From a virus (lineage: Duplodnaviria > Caudoviricetes), in the IMG/VR virus record IMGVR_UViG_3300028591_000071: a stretch of DNA of 64,000 nt. The stretch is one strand, 5' to 3'. A model generated the notes under the pieces. The model saw only the letters and a list, made by a program, of their open reading frames with translations. It did no database searches and was not told where the DNA came from. Of the stretch, positions 20,249 to 30,730 are shown piece after piece; the first letter of the stretch is position 1; each line of letters begins with the position of its first letter. Both the position numbers and the translations under genes were made by a program.

Positions 20249-21206
20249 GTTCATAATTCTTTGACAACCCCCATCCGAACATATCCCAACGTTTTTGCCA
20301 TGGTATAATCTTGACATATCTTTCCTTACATAATCTCAGTGCAGTCCTCCAATCCATAAGTTCCGCGTCGAATATGAGCCGTATCCTTTTTTTGCTTAAT
20401 ATACAGGATTGCGGCCTTTTTGCCTTGTCCTCGAAATCCGAAGAATCGCATGGAAATATTCTTCTATAGTTGGCCTCATATCCAAATTCTTCTTCTATGG
20501 CCTTTGCAAAATCATATCTTGACGCAATTCCCGCATCTGTATAATGAAATGTCCTGTTGCTTATGCATTTGGCATTTTCCCAATGTAATATAAGATGCTT
20601 TACAATAAAGTCCGCGAGATTACCCGCATATGTTGGGCATCCTATTTGGTCATGGACATAGTAAAGGTTTTTTCCTTCATCTTTTGCCCTTTCAATATTG
20701 TCAATCGTCTTCGTCAGGAAATTTTCGCCGTATTCGGAATAGAGCCATGAAGTCCTTATGATAAATGCTTCAGGATAGATTGACCTGACTGCCTGTTCCC
20801 CACAATACTTTGAGACTCCATATATATTCAGCGGATTGCATTTGTCTGATTCGATATATGCAGTTGTTTTCGTTCCGTCATATACATAATCAGTTGATAT
20901 ATGTATCAGTCCTACATTTCTCTCCTTACACTCAATCGCAAGATATGTCGGGCCAACAGCATTGACCATATAAGCAATTGTCCTGTTATCTTCAGCATTG
21001 TCAGTCTTTACATAAGCAGCGCAGTTGACGACTACATTGGGCTTATATTCATCAAGCGCTTTCACTATTTCTTCTCTGTTTGTTATATCGAGTTCTCTTC
21101 TGTTAAGGAGTACGAACTGAATCTGTTTTCCCTGAACCCTGTCAAATGCATCTTCCATACATCTTCCAAGTTGTCCGCCAGCGCCTGTTACTAATACCGT
21201 CATCAT
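20232..21206 (-). CDS. rfbD: dTDP-4-dehydrorhamnose reductase (RmlD)
   Basis: GAGGQLG, NCAAY, HISTDYVYDG, YGVSK, IRTSWLY, DQIGCPT motifs. Confidence 0.93.
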   Translation of the reverse strand: MMTVLVTGAGGQLGRCMEDAFDRVQGKQIQFVLLNRRELDITNREEIVKALDEYKPNVVVNCAAYVKTDNAEDNRTIAYMVNAVGPTYLAIECKERNVGLIHISTDYVYDGTKTTAYIESDKCNPLNIYGVSKYCGEQAVRSIYPEAFIIRTSWLYSEYGENFLTKTIDNIERAKDEGKNLYYVHDQIGCPTYAGNLADFIVKHLILHWENAKCISNRTFHYTDAGIASRYDFAKAIEEEFGYEANYRRIFPCDSSDFEDKAKRPQSCILSKKRIRLIFDAELMDWRTALRLCKERYVKIIPWQKRWDMFGWGLSKNYEQKKQD

Positions 21207-21257
21207 AATATATCCATAATTTTAATTAAGATATAGGCAAATGTGGTAAAAGTCAAT

Positions 21258-21282
21258 AATGGCGGGTGTTTGCCCGCCATTA
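21258..21282 (-). terminator. Hairpin, probable terminator after peptidase gene
   Basis: AATGGCGGG...CCCGCCATT stem; weak U-tract. Confidence 0.55.
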
Positions 21283-21909
21283 TCAGTCAATTATCGTCCA
21301 CGCTTCAATCAGTTTATTGGAATCTTCGTATGGTATTGTCGTGTAACCATCCCTACAGAACTCCATTCCCCACGAGTTCCTGATTATGAACCCTTCGTCA
21401 TTATATCCAACGATTGATATTGCATGATACCCGAAAAGTCTGTCTCCCGGTCTCTTGTCCCAAAAACTACATTCGTTTGAATATACAGGGAGTGCACCAA
21501 GGCATGGGCCGTTCATCACCAATGCATAACGGAGGTCAATCATGTTGTTAACCTTTGCATAGTGCCCGATGCCCAATGTACCTGCAGATGATTTTACGCC
21601 ATGATGTCTTAAATAACCAAGTCCTTCCTTAAAGGTCATTCCATCACCATCGTTTGTCCTAATCTTATAGATGTCCATAAGGGCAACCTTATTATCCTTG
21701 TTAGAGCCATCATTAAGATTCTCCTTCCAATTCAGATATGCTGAAAGCGAACATGGTACACATATAGAAAGAGAGCCCTGATTTATAACGCCGGGCAAAT
21801 ACCTTTCATAAGTGTATTCTCCGGGCAACTCCGTATCGATTCCCGCGCTGAAGATTATTTCTGTTCCGTCGATTGTTGACGGGATGAAGCCAAAATTCCT
21901 GTTTTCCAT
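21283..21909 (-). CDS. Papain-like cysteine peptidase (C1A)
   Basis: NQGSLSICV (Q..C), GYHAISIVGY, IRNSWG catalytic motifs. Confidence 0.88.
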   Translation of the reverse strand: MENRNFGFIPSTIDGTEIIFSAGIDTELPGEYTYERYLPGVINQGSLSICVPCSLSAYLNWKENLNDGSNKDNKVALMDIYKIRTNDGDGMTFKEGLGYLRHHGVKSSAGTLGIGHYAKVNNMIDLRYALVMNGPCLGALPVYSNECSFWDKRPGDRLFGYHAISIVGYNDEGFIIRNSWGMEFCRDGYTTIPYEDSNKLIEAWTIID

Positions 21910-21922
21910 AGCGACCTGTTAT

Positions 21923-22270
21923 TTATTTCGTTATTCTCCTTTGAACGCTGTATGGCTCGCTGTTCCCAACGATTATGTAAATAACCTCATCCTTTCCGAG
22001 AGACTTGATGTACATGTACTTGTAGATGTTTATTCCCGTTTCATTATCCTTGAACGACTTTACAATCCACTTGTCCATCGTTGGGAGAGTGTCGGCAACG
22101 CATATTGAATCAATCTGCCACCTGCTTGCCTCCATTACATATGAATTCATCATCGATGTTCCATAAGTGGGTTCGGCATCATTTTTGCAAATGTTCCTCA
22201 ACCATCCGCAACTTGCCACGGACAAACATAATATTGTCGCAGCCAATAGGTTTGTGATAAACTTTTTCAT
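21923..22270 (-). CDS. Lipoprotein
   Basis: MKK, hydrophobic core and lipobox VASC; late motif at 22285-22295. Confidence 0.75.
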   Translation of the reverse strand: MKKFITNLLAATILCLSVASCGWLRNICKNDAEPTYGTSMMNSYVMEASRWQIDSICVADTLPTMDKWIVKSFKDNETGINIYKYMYIKSLGKDEVIYIIVGNSEPYSVQRRITK

Positions 22271-22306
22271 GTCTTAATTTTTTCTATAAATAGTTCAGTA
22301 TGGACA

Positions 22307-22338
22307 AAAAATAAGAGCCGACTTTTATCGGCTCTTAT
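22307..22338 (-). terminator. Intrinsic terminator after tail sheath gene
   Basis: ATAAGAGCCGA...TCGGCTCTTAT stem with A-tract. Confidence 0.8.
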
Positions 22339-22358
22339 ACTAAGTATTTAACTATCAA

Positions 22359-25178
22359 TTAGTTCTCTTCAAATGAAACACTCTCAGGATATACGACAAA
22401 ACTGATGCTGATATATTCGAGTGCAGGGGTAGGTTTGATGAGAATCTTTGCAGGAAGGATGTGTTGGTCTCTCGTTTCAGGGGTTACTTCGGTAATAACC
22501 CTATAGTCGAAGATACCACGATTTGCCTTAACATCTGCGAGGATTGGCTCAACAAGTCCTCTGAACTGCTTCTCGAGAGTATCGTCATACTGTTCGAAGA
22601 TGAGGTGCTTTGCAGCGTCGCTGATGAGCTTCTTAACACGAATCATAAGTCTCCTTACATTGACCCTGTTGAGAGGGCTCTCCCTTCTGTAAGCGGTCTT
22701 GTTACCCCAAATCTTAACACCGTCCTGTGCAAATGTCTTGACAGGGTTAATACGTGCCTCATAGAGAGTGTCTTCCTCTGCGAGGGTTGTCTTGTGGAGG
22801 GCCTTGATACACTTGACTTCACCACGCTGTGTACCTGCAGGTGCAAACCAAGGGAATGACTCGTTGTCAGTCTTAGCCATATTCCTTACAACGTCCTTCG
22901 TTATAGGGAGTTCGATATACTTCTTGTTAGCAGAATCGAAATACATAACCCAAGGGAAGTATGTCGCCGCATATGAAGTGTCAATATCCTTATCTTCAAA
23001 GGTGCTTGCAACTTCCATTACGTCCATATCCTTAGGGGCATTCATAATATAAAGTGCGTCACCACCACGTCCGTAATCAGCATCTTCAATAACATCAAGT
23101 GCCTCTTCGGTCAGAAGCGTATTCCTTTCCCAATCAATACCAGGCGTTGCGAACACATTGATGTCAACATCCTGTGGATTTGAGAATACCCTATAACCTG
23201 CAAGATATGCATAGTAGTCAGTCGTAATAGCGGTTGAAGGAAGGTCAAGATGTAACTCTTCATTTGATGAAATCCTCTTGAACAATGTGTCACCACTCTC
23301 TGCTACATGGTACTGAGATGACTTGAATTCATCAGTATTACTTCTTCCTTTTCCGTTTGCTATTCTGTTGACATCCCATCCGTCAAATCCGCCATAGAAG
23401 CATACGGTGAATTTTCTGACTGCAATATCATTGTAAATTGTGTAACTTAGTATAGGTGCATTTATGAATCTAGGCTCCTTTGTCTCACTTCCAACCTTGG
23501 TCTGTGATACTGTGGTGAAACGATAGCCATTGGCGCCATCAACATAGATATCTTCTTTTCCATATCTATTCAAAATTGCATCAAGATGGAATCCATTACT
23601 TAATCTACTGCCGTCAATGGCATAGAACTGACGTCCCTTGTAAGAAAGAATATCCCTTTCTATGCCAAAGGCCTTGCCGTTTGCTGTCACATAATCGCTG
23701 AAGCCGAAATACTGCCTCTTAGGTTTGATTTCCTTGTTGAGCAATGTATTGTAAAGGACGTTCACCTTATTTTCATCTGAACTATCTGCACTCTTTCCGT
23801 AGAAAGGAAGCGGATATCCAAGGAATCCTGCAGGGATGTGGTTGCTCAAGTCTTCGCCGTCAGCCATTTGAATAGCAATATACTTTGATTTAATTTCAAA
23901 TGCACCGTCATATGTACCAATCTTATATGCAACATATGATGCATCGCCTTCGATAAGTGAACAGTTGCTGAACCTTTCAAGAACCATTGGAGATACATCG
24001 GTATCATTAAAATCCCTGACAACGACATCAAACAAACCCTTCTCAGGTTTAATGTTCTGAATTGAAACCTTTACCTGATAGTTGGATGCGTCACCGTCTG
24101 AAATAGTGTAGAACCTGAACAGTTTTACCATTGTTGCTTCGCTTTCATCAGCGGCAACCTCGGAAACAATCCAAGGGGTGATTGCACACCTGTATGGCTC
24201 TAAATAATCATCATATGCGTTTCCATCCTGTGTTTCACCACTAGTAAAAACGTACTTATTTGATGGTTCTGGTGTGGTACCTGTCTCTGATGGGGCAGAT
24301 GCAACATATGTGTACGGTGATTGAGGAAGGTCGAACTTCTGTTCTTTATTGTATATATACCTATAAGTTACTACATCATTGGTCGATGATGATGTTGCCC
24401 CACTAAATGTATATTGCATATAACCCTTAACGGCTTCTCCTTCTAATGGTGTTATGGTTTCTTCTATAACCTTCTCCGCACCAACAAATGAATATTCAAA
24501 GATTGAGTCAATGTAAATAGGAGTGTTTCCTTCAGGGGATGTTGACAATACCTTATAAATGTAATCATTGTCAACAGGGTTCATTGATACATTGTACTTA
24601 TATTCCCCATTGACTGTCGATACATTTATCCTGAACCTTATACTATCACTGTCGATTGGAGTGCCTTCTGTTGAAAGCTCCATACACTGTGCATCATATG
24701 CCTTTGGAGTATATGGGCCAATGGTAACTTTAGTTACTTCTTCGCTGTAAGTTTCCTTAGTCACACACATTGCTTCTGGGTCATTCTCGTCAACCATATA
24801 CGTCATCCTACTCCTTAAGACGATTCCTGGTTTGTCGGTATTGGTTCTGACAACCCATGCCTTACCTGCATGGTATCCTGAGAGACCAAGTACACGAACA
24901 ACATTAAGTCTCCTTGACTCTTCAAGGTAACTCTTTGCTACATATGGAAGTTCATATTTAGGAAGTCCGTTCTTGAACTTCGCGGTTGATGTTCCGCCGA
25001 AATAATCGACGAATTCACCCCAATTTTCGATTTCGATGTTTTCAAATGCGGGTCCATACAATGTTTCTCCAGCAAGTCCAAGGCTGGTAATACCAAGACT
25101 CTTGACTGAGTAAGTTACATCTTTCTCTTCTGTGTAGATGCCAGGTGAAACATGGCCGCGTCTTGCATCACTTATCAT
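22359..25178 (-). CDS. Tail sheath protein (gp18-like)
   Basis: VSPGIYTEEKD, GETLYGPAF, PWFAPAG..RG, INPV, IWGNKT, RVNVRRL motifs. Confidence 0.95.
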   Translation of the reverse strand: MISDARRGHVSPGIYTEEKDVTYSVKSLGITSLGLAGETLYGPAFENIEIENWGEFVDYFGGTSTAKFKNGLPKYELPYVAKSYLEESRRLNVVRVLGLSGYHAGKAWVVRTNTDKPGIVLRSRMTYMVDENDPEAMCVTKETYSEEVTKVTIGPYTPKAYDAQCMELSTEGTPIDSDSIRFRINVSTVNGEYKYNVSMNPVDNDYIYKVLSTSPEGNTPIYIDSIFEYSFVGAEKVIEETITPLEGEAVKGYMQYTFSGATSSSTNDVVTYRYIYNKEQKFDLPQSPYTYVASAPSETGTTPEPSNKYVFTSGETQDGNAYDDYLEPYRCAITPWIVSEVAADESEATMVKLFRFYTISDGDASNYQVKVSIQNIKPEKGLFDVVVRDFNDTDVSPMVLERFSNCSLIEGDASYVAYKIGTYDGAFEIKSKYIAIQMADGEDLSNHIPAGFLGYPLPFYGKSADSSDENKVNVLYNTLLNKEIKPKRQYFGFSDYVTANGKAFGIERDILSYKGRQFYAIDGSRLSNGFHLDAILNRYGKEDIYVDGANGYRFTTVSQTKVGSETKEPRFINAPILSYTIYNDIAVRKFTVCFYGGFDGWDVNRIANGKGRSNTDEFKSSQYHVAESGDTLFKRISSNEELHLDLPSTAITTDYYAYLAGYRVFSNPQDVDINVFATPGIDWERNTLLTEEALDVIEDADYGRGGDALYIMNAPKDMDVMEVASTFEDKDIDTSYAATYFPWVMYFDSANKKYIELPITKDVVRNMAKTDNESFPWFAPAGTQRGEVKCIKALHKTTLAEEDTLYEARINPVKTFAQDGVKIWGNKTAYRRESPLNRVNVRRLMIRVKKLISDAAKHLIFEQYDDTLEKQFRGLVEPILADVKANRGIFDYRVITEVTPETRDQHILPAKILIKPTPALEYISISFVVYPESVSFEEN

Positions 25179-25241
25179 ATCTTCAAAATGTTTTTATTCT
25201 TATTTTCTAATAAATAGCGTAAATATCCCAAAAAAACTTTT

Positions 25242-26357
25242 TTATGAATAGCTTATTGTTTTTTCGTCAACGCCTTCACTCTTTTTATATGTTGACGTAG
25301 GGTCGAATCCGTTAAAGATAACGTCGCCTCCTTCGTAATATCTTACCTTATCAACTTTTGCTACCTTTATCAAGTCTCCCTTCCTGAACCTCAATCCTTC
25401 TTCAGGCTCAACAGGGTTGTCATTGATATAGAGTTTGAAGGAACGGACATTCTCAAGGATGACATCCGACAATGCAAATTCACAATCCATAGTGAACGTA
25501 TATCTGTTATCACACGCTTCGAAATGAACGGTTATGATTATCGGGACATACGCATAATCAGACTCTTTCTTATAATCGCAAGGAAGTTCCTCAACCTCGG
25601 CGTAACTATGTTTGACAGAATCACCCTCCAATCCTAAAAATTTCATTTCAGGACGTTCTTCAACAACAAGGCTGTCCTGCGTTATGATATATGCCTTAAC
25701 GGTTATGTTGTACGACTGTGAGTAAAACTGCCTGTTGTCTATGCTGTACTCGGACTTATCTGAAATGTCATTGAGTTTCATCGGCATGAAATGTCCGTTA
25801 GGCCTTATGTAGCAATTGATTGACTTGAACTTATCGTTCATCATCTGATTGAACTCGTTGAGCAATTCATATTTGTTCGTCACAACGCTTACCGTGTAGA
25901 TGAGGTCGATTGCAAACGGCTGTTTCATTCTGTAATCGGTGTAGTATTTCCTTCCTGCACGGTCTCTTGACTCAACCCTTCTCATGAGGGCCGTCCTCTC
26001 TCCCGGAATGTTCATTGTGCTTCCGACAATCGTTCCCGCCTTCGGGTTGTTCTCCCTTGAAATGGTCTTGAAGTTGAGGAGCATGTTCTTCTTATTGTCA
26101 ACATTCTGCCATGTCTGCATATACTCCGTGAACCTCTGATTGGAGAAAAGAGAAACCGTCGGCAACTTCTGTCCGTCAAATGATATCCCAAGGTCTTCAT
26201 CAACCCATCTCTTGAACTCTTCGTCTATGTCCTTATATTCAACAGGAAGCGGTAGCGGAGTGCTGTCCTTTACAACTTCCTTCGCTAAGTTCGCCCTTCT
26301 CTCGGGGCCATATGGCCTATGGCGTAGTCTTAATAGATTCTTATATTCCCTACTCAT
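25242..26357 (-). CDS. Tail terminator/sheath stabiliser (gp15-like)
   Basis: QPFAIDLIYTVSV motif; between neck and sheath genes. Confidence 0.6.
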   Translation of the reverse strand: MSREYKNLLRLRHRPYGPERRANLAKEVVKDSTPLPLPVEYKDIDEEFKRWVDEDLGISFDGQKLPTVSLFSNQRFTEYMQTWQNVDNKKNMLLNFKTISRENNPKAGTIVGSTMNIPGERTALMRRVESRDRAGRKYYTDYRMKQPFAIDLIYTVSVVTNKYELLNEFNQMMNDKFKSINCYIRPNGHFMPMKLNDISDKSEYSIDNRQFYSQSYNITVKAYIITQDSLVVEERPEMKFLGLEGDSVKHSYAEVEELPCDYKKESDYAYVPIIITVHFEACDNRYTFTMDCEFALSDVILENVRSFKLYINDNPVEPEEGLRFRKGDLIKVAKVDKVRYYEGGDVIFNGFDPTSTYKKSEGVDEKTISYS

Positions 26358-26902
26358 TATCCTGCAAATTCATTTGTATCAACGCTTGCGCATTGTATCG
26401 TTCTCGCATAAGGTTTTGTTCCGTACATCGTGAATTTGTTTGCCGTCATACCAACCCTGCCGTCATCAGTAACCGTGAAGTATTCCCTATGGTCTGATGT
26501 TATCTGAACGCCAATGTAATCACCCCTTGAAATGTCACAGCCGTATTCTTCCAATGTGGAAAGTAGGACGCTGAAAGTTAGTTTTCCTGTCTGTGCGTAC
26601 ATTCCTTTCTGAAGGGTATTGTCATATGCCTTCATCTCCGCATCGGTAATCTCATAGATAACGGGTATCTCAACAGGGGTCTTGTACCTTACGGCATTCT
26701 TGTCCGCCTCCACATATACATCATTGACCTTCGTCTTTGAAAGGTCAACCTGATAGAGGATAACAGTCTGATTCGCCTGCTGTTCCAAATACTCGGTAGC
26801 AAAAGCTACTTGGAGGTCGTAGTCTTCGGCCCCAAAAAACTTGTTGTTCCTTGTAATTGGAACTTTTTTCTTTCCGTTAGGTATTTTTACTTCAAGTGCC
26901 AT
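26357..26902 (-). CDS. Neck/head-closure protein (gp14-like)
   Basis: VILYQVD..NDVY.E, ISRGDYI motifs; gene position. Confidence 0.6.
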   Translation of the reverse strand: MALEVKIPNGKKKVPITRNNKFFGAEDYDLQVAFATEYLEQQANQTVILYQVDLSKTKVNDVYVEADKNAVRYKTPVEIPVIYEITDAEMKAYDNTLQKGMYAQTGKLTFSVLLSTLEEYGCDISRGDYIGVQITSDHREYFTVTDDGRVGMTANKFTMYGTKPYARTIQCASVDTNEFAG

Positions 26903-27738
26903 TGTTCTTTATACTTTTCAAATAATTCGGGATACTTCTGTTTCAACATTGAACCGAGTTTTCTCTTGAATTCTTCTTTTTGAGTATCATTCAACTTCTT
27001 GTATTGGGCAACGAGTTCCTTGACGGCCTCTTCGTCTCCCTTTTTCAAGCCCTTTCTAAGTTCGTCCTTGACATTTTGCATCTCAACGCCCCTGTCCAAT
27101 ATCTTGAACCCGTTCTCTATTGCTTCCTGACTCGTTCCGAACACATCTTTAGTGACAATTTGGCCTCTCCATGGGGCATCGTGTGTGTTTTCCGCCTTCG
27201 GTATCCCTAACCGAGTAAGCATTGGAGACATATCTTGTGTGACCGCGAAAATGATATTGTTATATTGAGCGATTCCACTTATAACTTCAAACATTCCCTT
27301 ATATCCCGTAGGTGCAAAGTAAGCACAAAGGAAAAATCCGTTAATCCAAAGGCCAAACAAATAACTTCCATTTACCTCGTATCCGAAAATCGGCTGTCCC
27401 TTCTTTCCATTGCACAAGAAATGGAGCCATGTGATAAACCCGACTGCCTGCTTGCCCTCTTTGGACATCATCGCGTTATAATAATTCTTATATACCTTAT
27501 AGGCATTCGTATCACCAAATATCTTTTCAATATTCGCGTGATATCTCGGGTTTTGCTTATGCTTTTCATATACCTGTTTGGAAATCTCATACTCTTTCGC
27601 AAAGACCTCCGCAGGGACTATCATATCAGACTCCTTTATAGGCCCTGAACGGCCAACTTGACCAACGCTCAGTTCCAATAACAGACTTGATAACGATTCT
27701 GATACTATTTTTCTTATAATGTTTTCATTCAACACCAT
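26887..27738 (-). CDS. Hypothetical late protein with L-x-E leader
   Basis: MVLNENIIRKIVSESLSSLLLE; late motif at 27756-27766. Confidence 0.75.
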   Translation of the reverse strand: MVLNENIIRKIVSESLSSLLLELSVGQVGRSGPIKESDMIVPAEVFAKEYEISKQVYEKHKQNPRYHANIEKIFGDTNAYKVYKNYYNAMMSKEGKQAVGFITWLHFLCNGKKGQPIFGYEVNGSYLFGLWINGFFLCAYFAPTGYKGMFEVISGIAQYNNIIFAVTQDMSPMLTRLGIPKAENTHDAPWRGQIVTKDVFGTSQEAIENGFKILDRGVEMQNVKDELRKGLKKGDEEAVKELVAQYKKLNDTQKEEFKRKLGSMLKQKYPELFEKYKEQWHLK

Positions 27739-27989
27739 AATAACATGGTTTTAGATATAAATAGTTCCTTGTTTTCAATTACAATACAGGTTTAAGTACC
27801 TTGTTTTGACAATAACAGACAATATTACCAGTAATAATTAAAATAATATATAATTTATATATAAGATTTTTATTTTTATTATATAATAAGCTTTTAAATC
27901 GCGGGCGCGTCCGCGCGTGCGCATAAATACATTATTATTTTGTTTTTTGAAAGATTTTTTGTAAAATATATTAAGAAAAACTATAGTTG

Positions 27990-29999
27990 ATGCTCAGTGT
28001 AAAGAGAAAGTATGAAGCGATTGAGAAATTAAAGAGTTATATAGGGAATAATCCTTACCTATGCAGGTTAAAACGCGATGCAATTTTCTATCAAAATGTG
28101 TCGTGTATAACCGATTTTGCTGTTGAGTATATATTTGAGAACGAAAATCGGGAACCGAAGGTCGTAGGAAAGACAATGAAAATTGCCGATTGGTATGGAG
28201 AAAAACTTAAGAACGATTATAGCATAGAATTCACGCCGGAAAAGGTACAGATATTGATTTATATAGGAGAAACATCTTCAACATTCCATTGTTTTGTGAA
28301 ATGGAGGAAAAACATGGAACCGTTCGAATTGTTTATTCCCAAAAAAGCGGTGTTAGGTAATTTCCTAATTGGAGATTATCATAATGTGAAGGTTGATTTC
28401 GACAGATATGACAGACTTTCAATGTCAAAAGACCCGAACAGGAAGATAAAGCCACACCAAAAAGAGGGCGTTCAATTCCTGTTAGACCGAAAAAAGTGTA
28501 TTCTCGCCGATGATATGGGCCTTGGGAAGTCAATGGAGACAGCAATTGCGGCGATTGAAGGAAATTTCGACGCGATTGTGATAATTTGCCCCGCATCACT
28601 CAAGACGAATTGGAAAAAAGAACTACTTTGGTATGTTCCTGAGCGTGATATAACGATAATTGACACATTTAACGGAAAAACGAAGGGAGAAATGGAGAAA
28701 TTCCTTGGTTATGCCGAAGGAAGGAGCGGCTTGTCCGTCGATGAACTCAAAAAAGAGGCCGAAGAGATGGGAACTTGGCGTGATAACAGGTTTATCATCA
28801 TCAATTATGACATTCTTGACAAATTTTATGAGATTCCCGCAACAAGAAGCGCTGAAAACATAAAAAAAGCATACGAAAACAGCCCTCTGCTCCAATATAT
28901 CTCCAATAAGAAGGCGTTGTTGATAATCGACGAGGCTCACAAACTGTCAAACAAGACCTCAATCCGTTACAAGGTAATAAAAGACCTCATAAAACGCGGA
29001 AATCCAGACAGCGTTTACCTTCTTACGGGAACGCCAATCACAAATAACCCCGAAAATTTCTATTGTGTCCTCAATCTCATTGAATCGGATATAACAGGTG
29101 ATTGGCAATACTACATGGAAAGGTATGCCGCGGCCATGAAGATACCCGCAAAGGGCGAAAAAGAAAAGTGGACGAATATCTATCTTCAAAGAAGAGGAAA
29201 GAAAACATGGTTTGAATTGTCTGATGAGCAAAAAGATGAATTAAAAAGATTCATAAGGGAAAATGCGAGGATGATAACGATAACGAAGGGTGCAAGTAAC
29301 CTTGAAGAGTTGAAACTTAGGGCCTCTCACATTTATCTCAGGCGAACTAAGGAAGATATAAACGAAAGTCTTCCAAAAAAGACCGTCCATGAGGTTTTCT
29401 ATGACTTCGATATCATACAGATGATGGAATACGAGAAACTTTGGGAGGAATACGAAGCCGCACAGTTTGAACTCGACCCAACAAAGGAGGTAAATAAGGA
29501 CCTTCTCGAAGGTGCGATATACAGGAAATACTGTTCAGACCAAATGGTTCCGAATACGATTAAACTCGCCGATTCATTCGTACAAAACGGGGATAAAGTT
29601 GTTATTTCAACATGTTACGATGATGAGTTGAACGCTCTCAAAGAGTACTATGGGGAGAAATGTGTCGTCTATAACGGAAAGATGAATTCAAAACAGAAGG
29701 ACGCCGCGCAAAAAGCGTTCATGGAAGACTCTAATGTAATGGTTTTCATTGGCCAAGTTATAGCAGCCGGAGTTGGTCTTACATTGATTTCTTCCCATGT
29801 TATGATTTTTAACAACATGGATTATGTTCCTTCATCTTGTAGACAAATGGAAGATAGAATTTATAGAATAGGGCAAAAACACGATGTTGATATTTACTAT
29901 CAGATGTTCAGAAACACCCAATATGAGAAGATATGGAACACGGTCATGCGTAAGGAACTTGTAATAAATCAGGTAATCAAGAAAGAGGATGAAAAGTAA
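27990..29999 (+). CDS. SNF2-family (SF2) helicase
   Basis: LADDMGLGKS, IIDEAH, LLTGTP, GVGLTL, QMEDRIYRIGQ. Confidence 0.95.
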   Translation: MLSVKRKYEAIEKLKSYIGNNPYLCRLKRDAIFYQNVSCITDFAVEYIFENENREPKVVGKTMKIADWYGEKLKNDYSIEFTPEKVQILIYIGETSSTFHCFVKWRKNMEPFELFIPKKAVLGNFLIGDYHNVKVDFDRYDRLSMSKDPNRKIKPHQKEGVQFLLDRKKCILADDMGLGKSMETAIAAIEGNFDAIVIICPASLKTNWKKELLWYVPERDITIIDTFNGKTKGEMEKFLGYAEGRSGLSVDELKKEAEEMGTWRDNRFIIINYDILDKFYEIPATRSAENIKKAYENSPLLQYISNKKALLIIDEAHKLSNKTSIRYKVIKDLIKRGNPDSVYLLTGTPITNNPENFYCVLNLIESDITGDWQYYMERYAAAMKIPAKGEKEKWTNIYLQRRGKKTWFELSDEQKDELKRFIRENARMITITKGASNLEELKLRASHIYLRRTKEDINESLPKKTVHEVFYDFDIIQMMEYEKLWEEYEAAQFELDPTKEVNKDLLEGAIYRKYCSDQMVPNTIKLADSFVQNGDKVVISTCYDDELNALKEYYGEKCVVYNGKMNSKQKDAAQKAFMEDSNVMVFIGQVIAAGVGLTLISSHVMIFNNMDYVPSSCRQMEDRIYRIGQKHDVDIYYQMFRNTQYEKIWNTVMRKELVINQVIKKEDEK

Positions 30000-30246
30000 G
30001 ACATTCAAGGAAAAAACATTTCGCCTCTATCATTCCATACGGGGTTATTTCATGCTGAAGAAATTCAAGCATGGGCATTATTATCATACAAGGCATTTTC
30101 CGAACACAAGATTTTACTATAACAAAGGAAATGAGTTCTATGAAGCGTTCTCCGTTGTTGTATGTCCTGGCGTTGCTTATCAAGACCAACGGAGAAAAGT
30201 GTTCAAAAATTGGGAAGTTTCAATATTAGGACTAAGGGAGGGCTGA
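29989..30246 (+). CDS. Hypothetical basic protein
   Basis: 85-aa ORF overlapping helicase stop. Confidence 0.6.
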   Translation: MKSKTFKEKTFRLYHSIRGYFMLKKFKHGHYYHTRHFPNTRFYYNKGNEFYEAFSVVVCPGVAYQDQRRKVFKNWEVSILGLREG

Positions 30247-30248
30247 CA

Positions 30249-30728
30249 ATGGAAGAGTATTTAGCATTCGTCGATGAGGTTGGTAGAACCATTGATGGAA
30301 AGTATATATATCGTTTCGACTTCACGGTTGATACGGAAACGGTTTGGGGGGAATTTTTCAATGTGGCCCCCGCCGCGATAGTACCAAATCTTCAGCCAGA
30401 CAAGAATACCCTTTCAAGAACGGCAAAAGTTGTTTTTCCAAGAAGCATGGTTATAGCAAAGAAGAACTTTTGCTTTTCAATGCAGGATTGTATAGATGGT
30501 ATAATACCGATTATATTCTCTGAGATAGACGAGAACACAGTAGAGTTGAACGATGCCCCATTTTTCCTTAATTTCGGGGAAAGGTTATCTTCAATAGAAG
30601 AAAAGTTAAAGGAAATAGGAGTTGAACTTTTTGATTATGAGATTGTTGAAAAGGGAGATGATAGTGCAATCGACGACTTAATTGACGCAATAGACGATAA
30701 TAACGAAGACGATGACATTGGATTTTAG
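30249..30728 (+). CDS. Hypothetical protein, paralogue of next gene
   Basis: Shared motifs DG..Y.F.F, VWG, SM, L.FG with 30731-31123. Confidence 0.75.
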   Translation: MEEYLAFVDEVGRTIDGKYIYRFDFTVDTETVWGEFFNVAPAAIVPNLQPDKNTLSRTAKVVFPRSMVIAKKNFCFSMQDCIDGIIPIIFSEIDENTVELNDAPFFLNFGERLSSIEEKLKEIGVELFDYEIVEKGDDSAIDDLIDAIDDNNEDDDIGF

Positions 30729-30730
30729 AC

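Noticed and set aside
21923-22270. Lipoprotein as an o-spanin
   Set aside because: No adjacent i-spanin, holin or endolysin gene, and it is not Pro-rich; left as an unassigned lipoprotein.
22359-25178. Bacterial contractile injection system or tailocin
   Set aside because: Portal, neck and DNA replication genes are present, indicating a complete phage.
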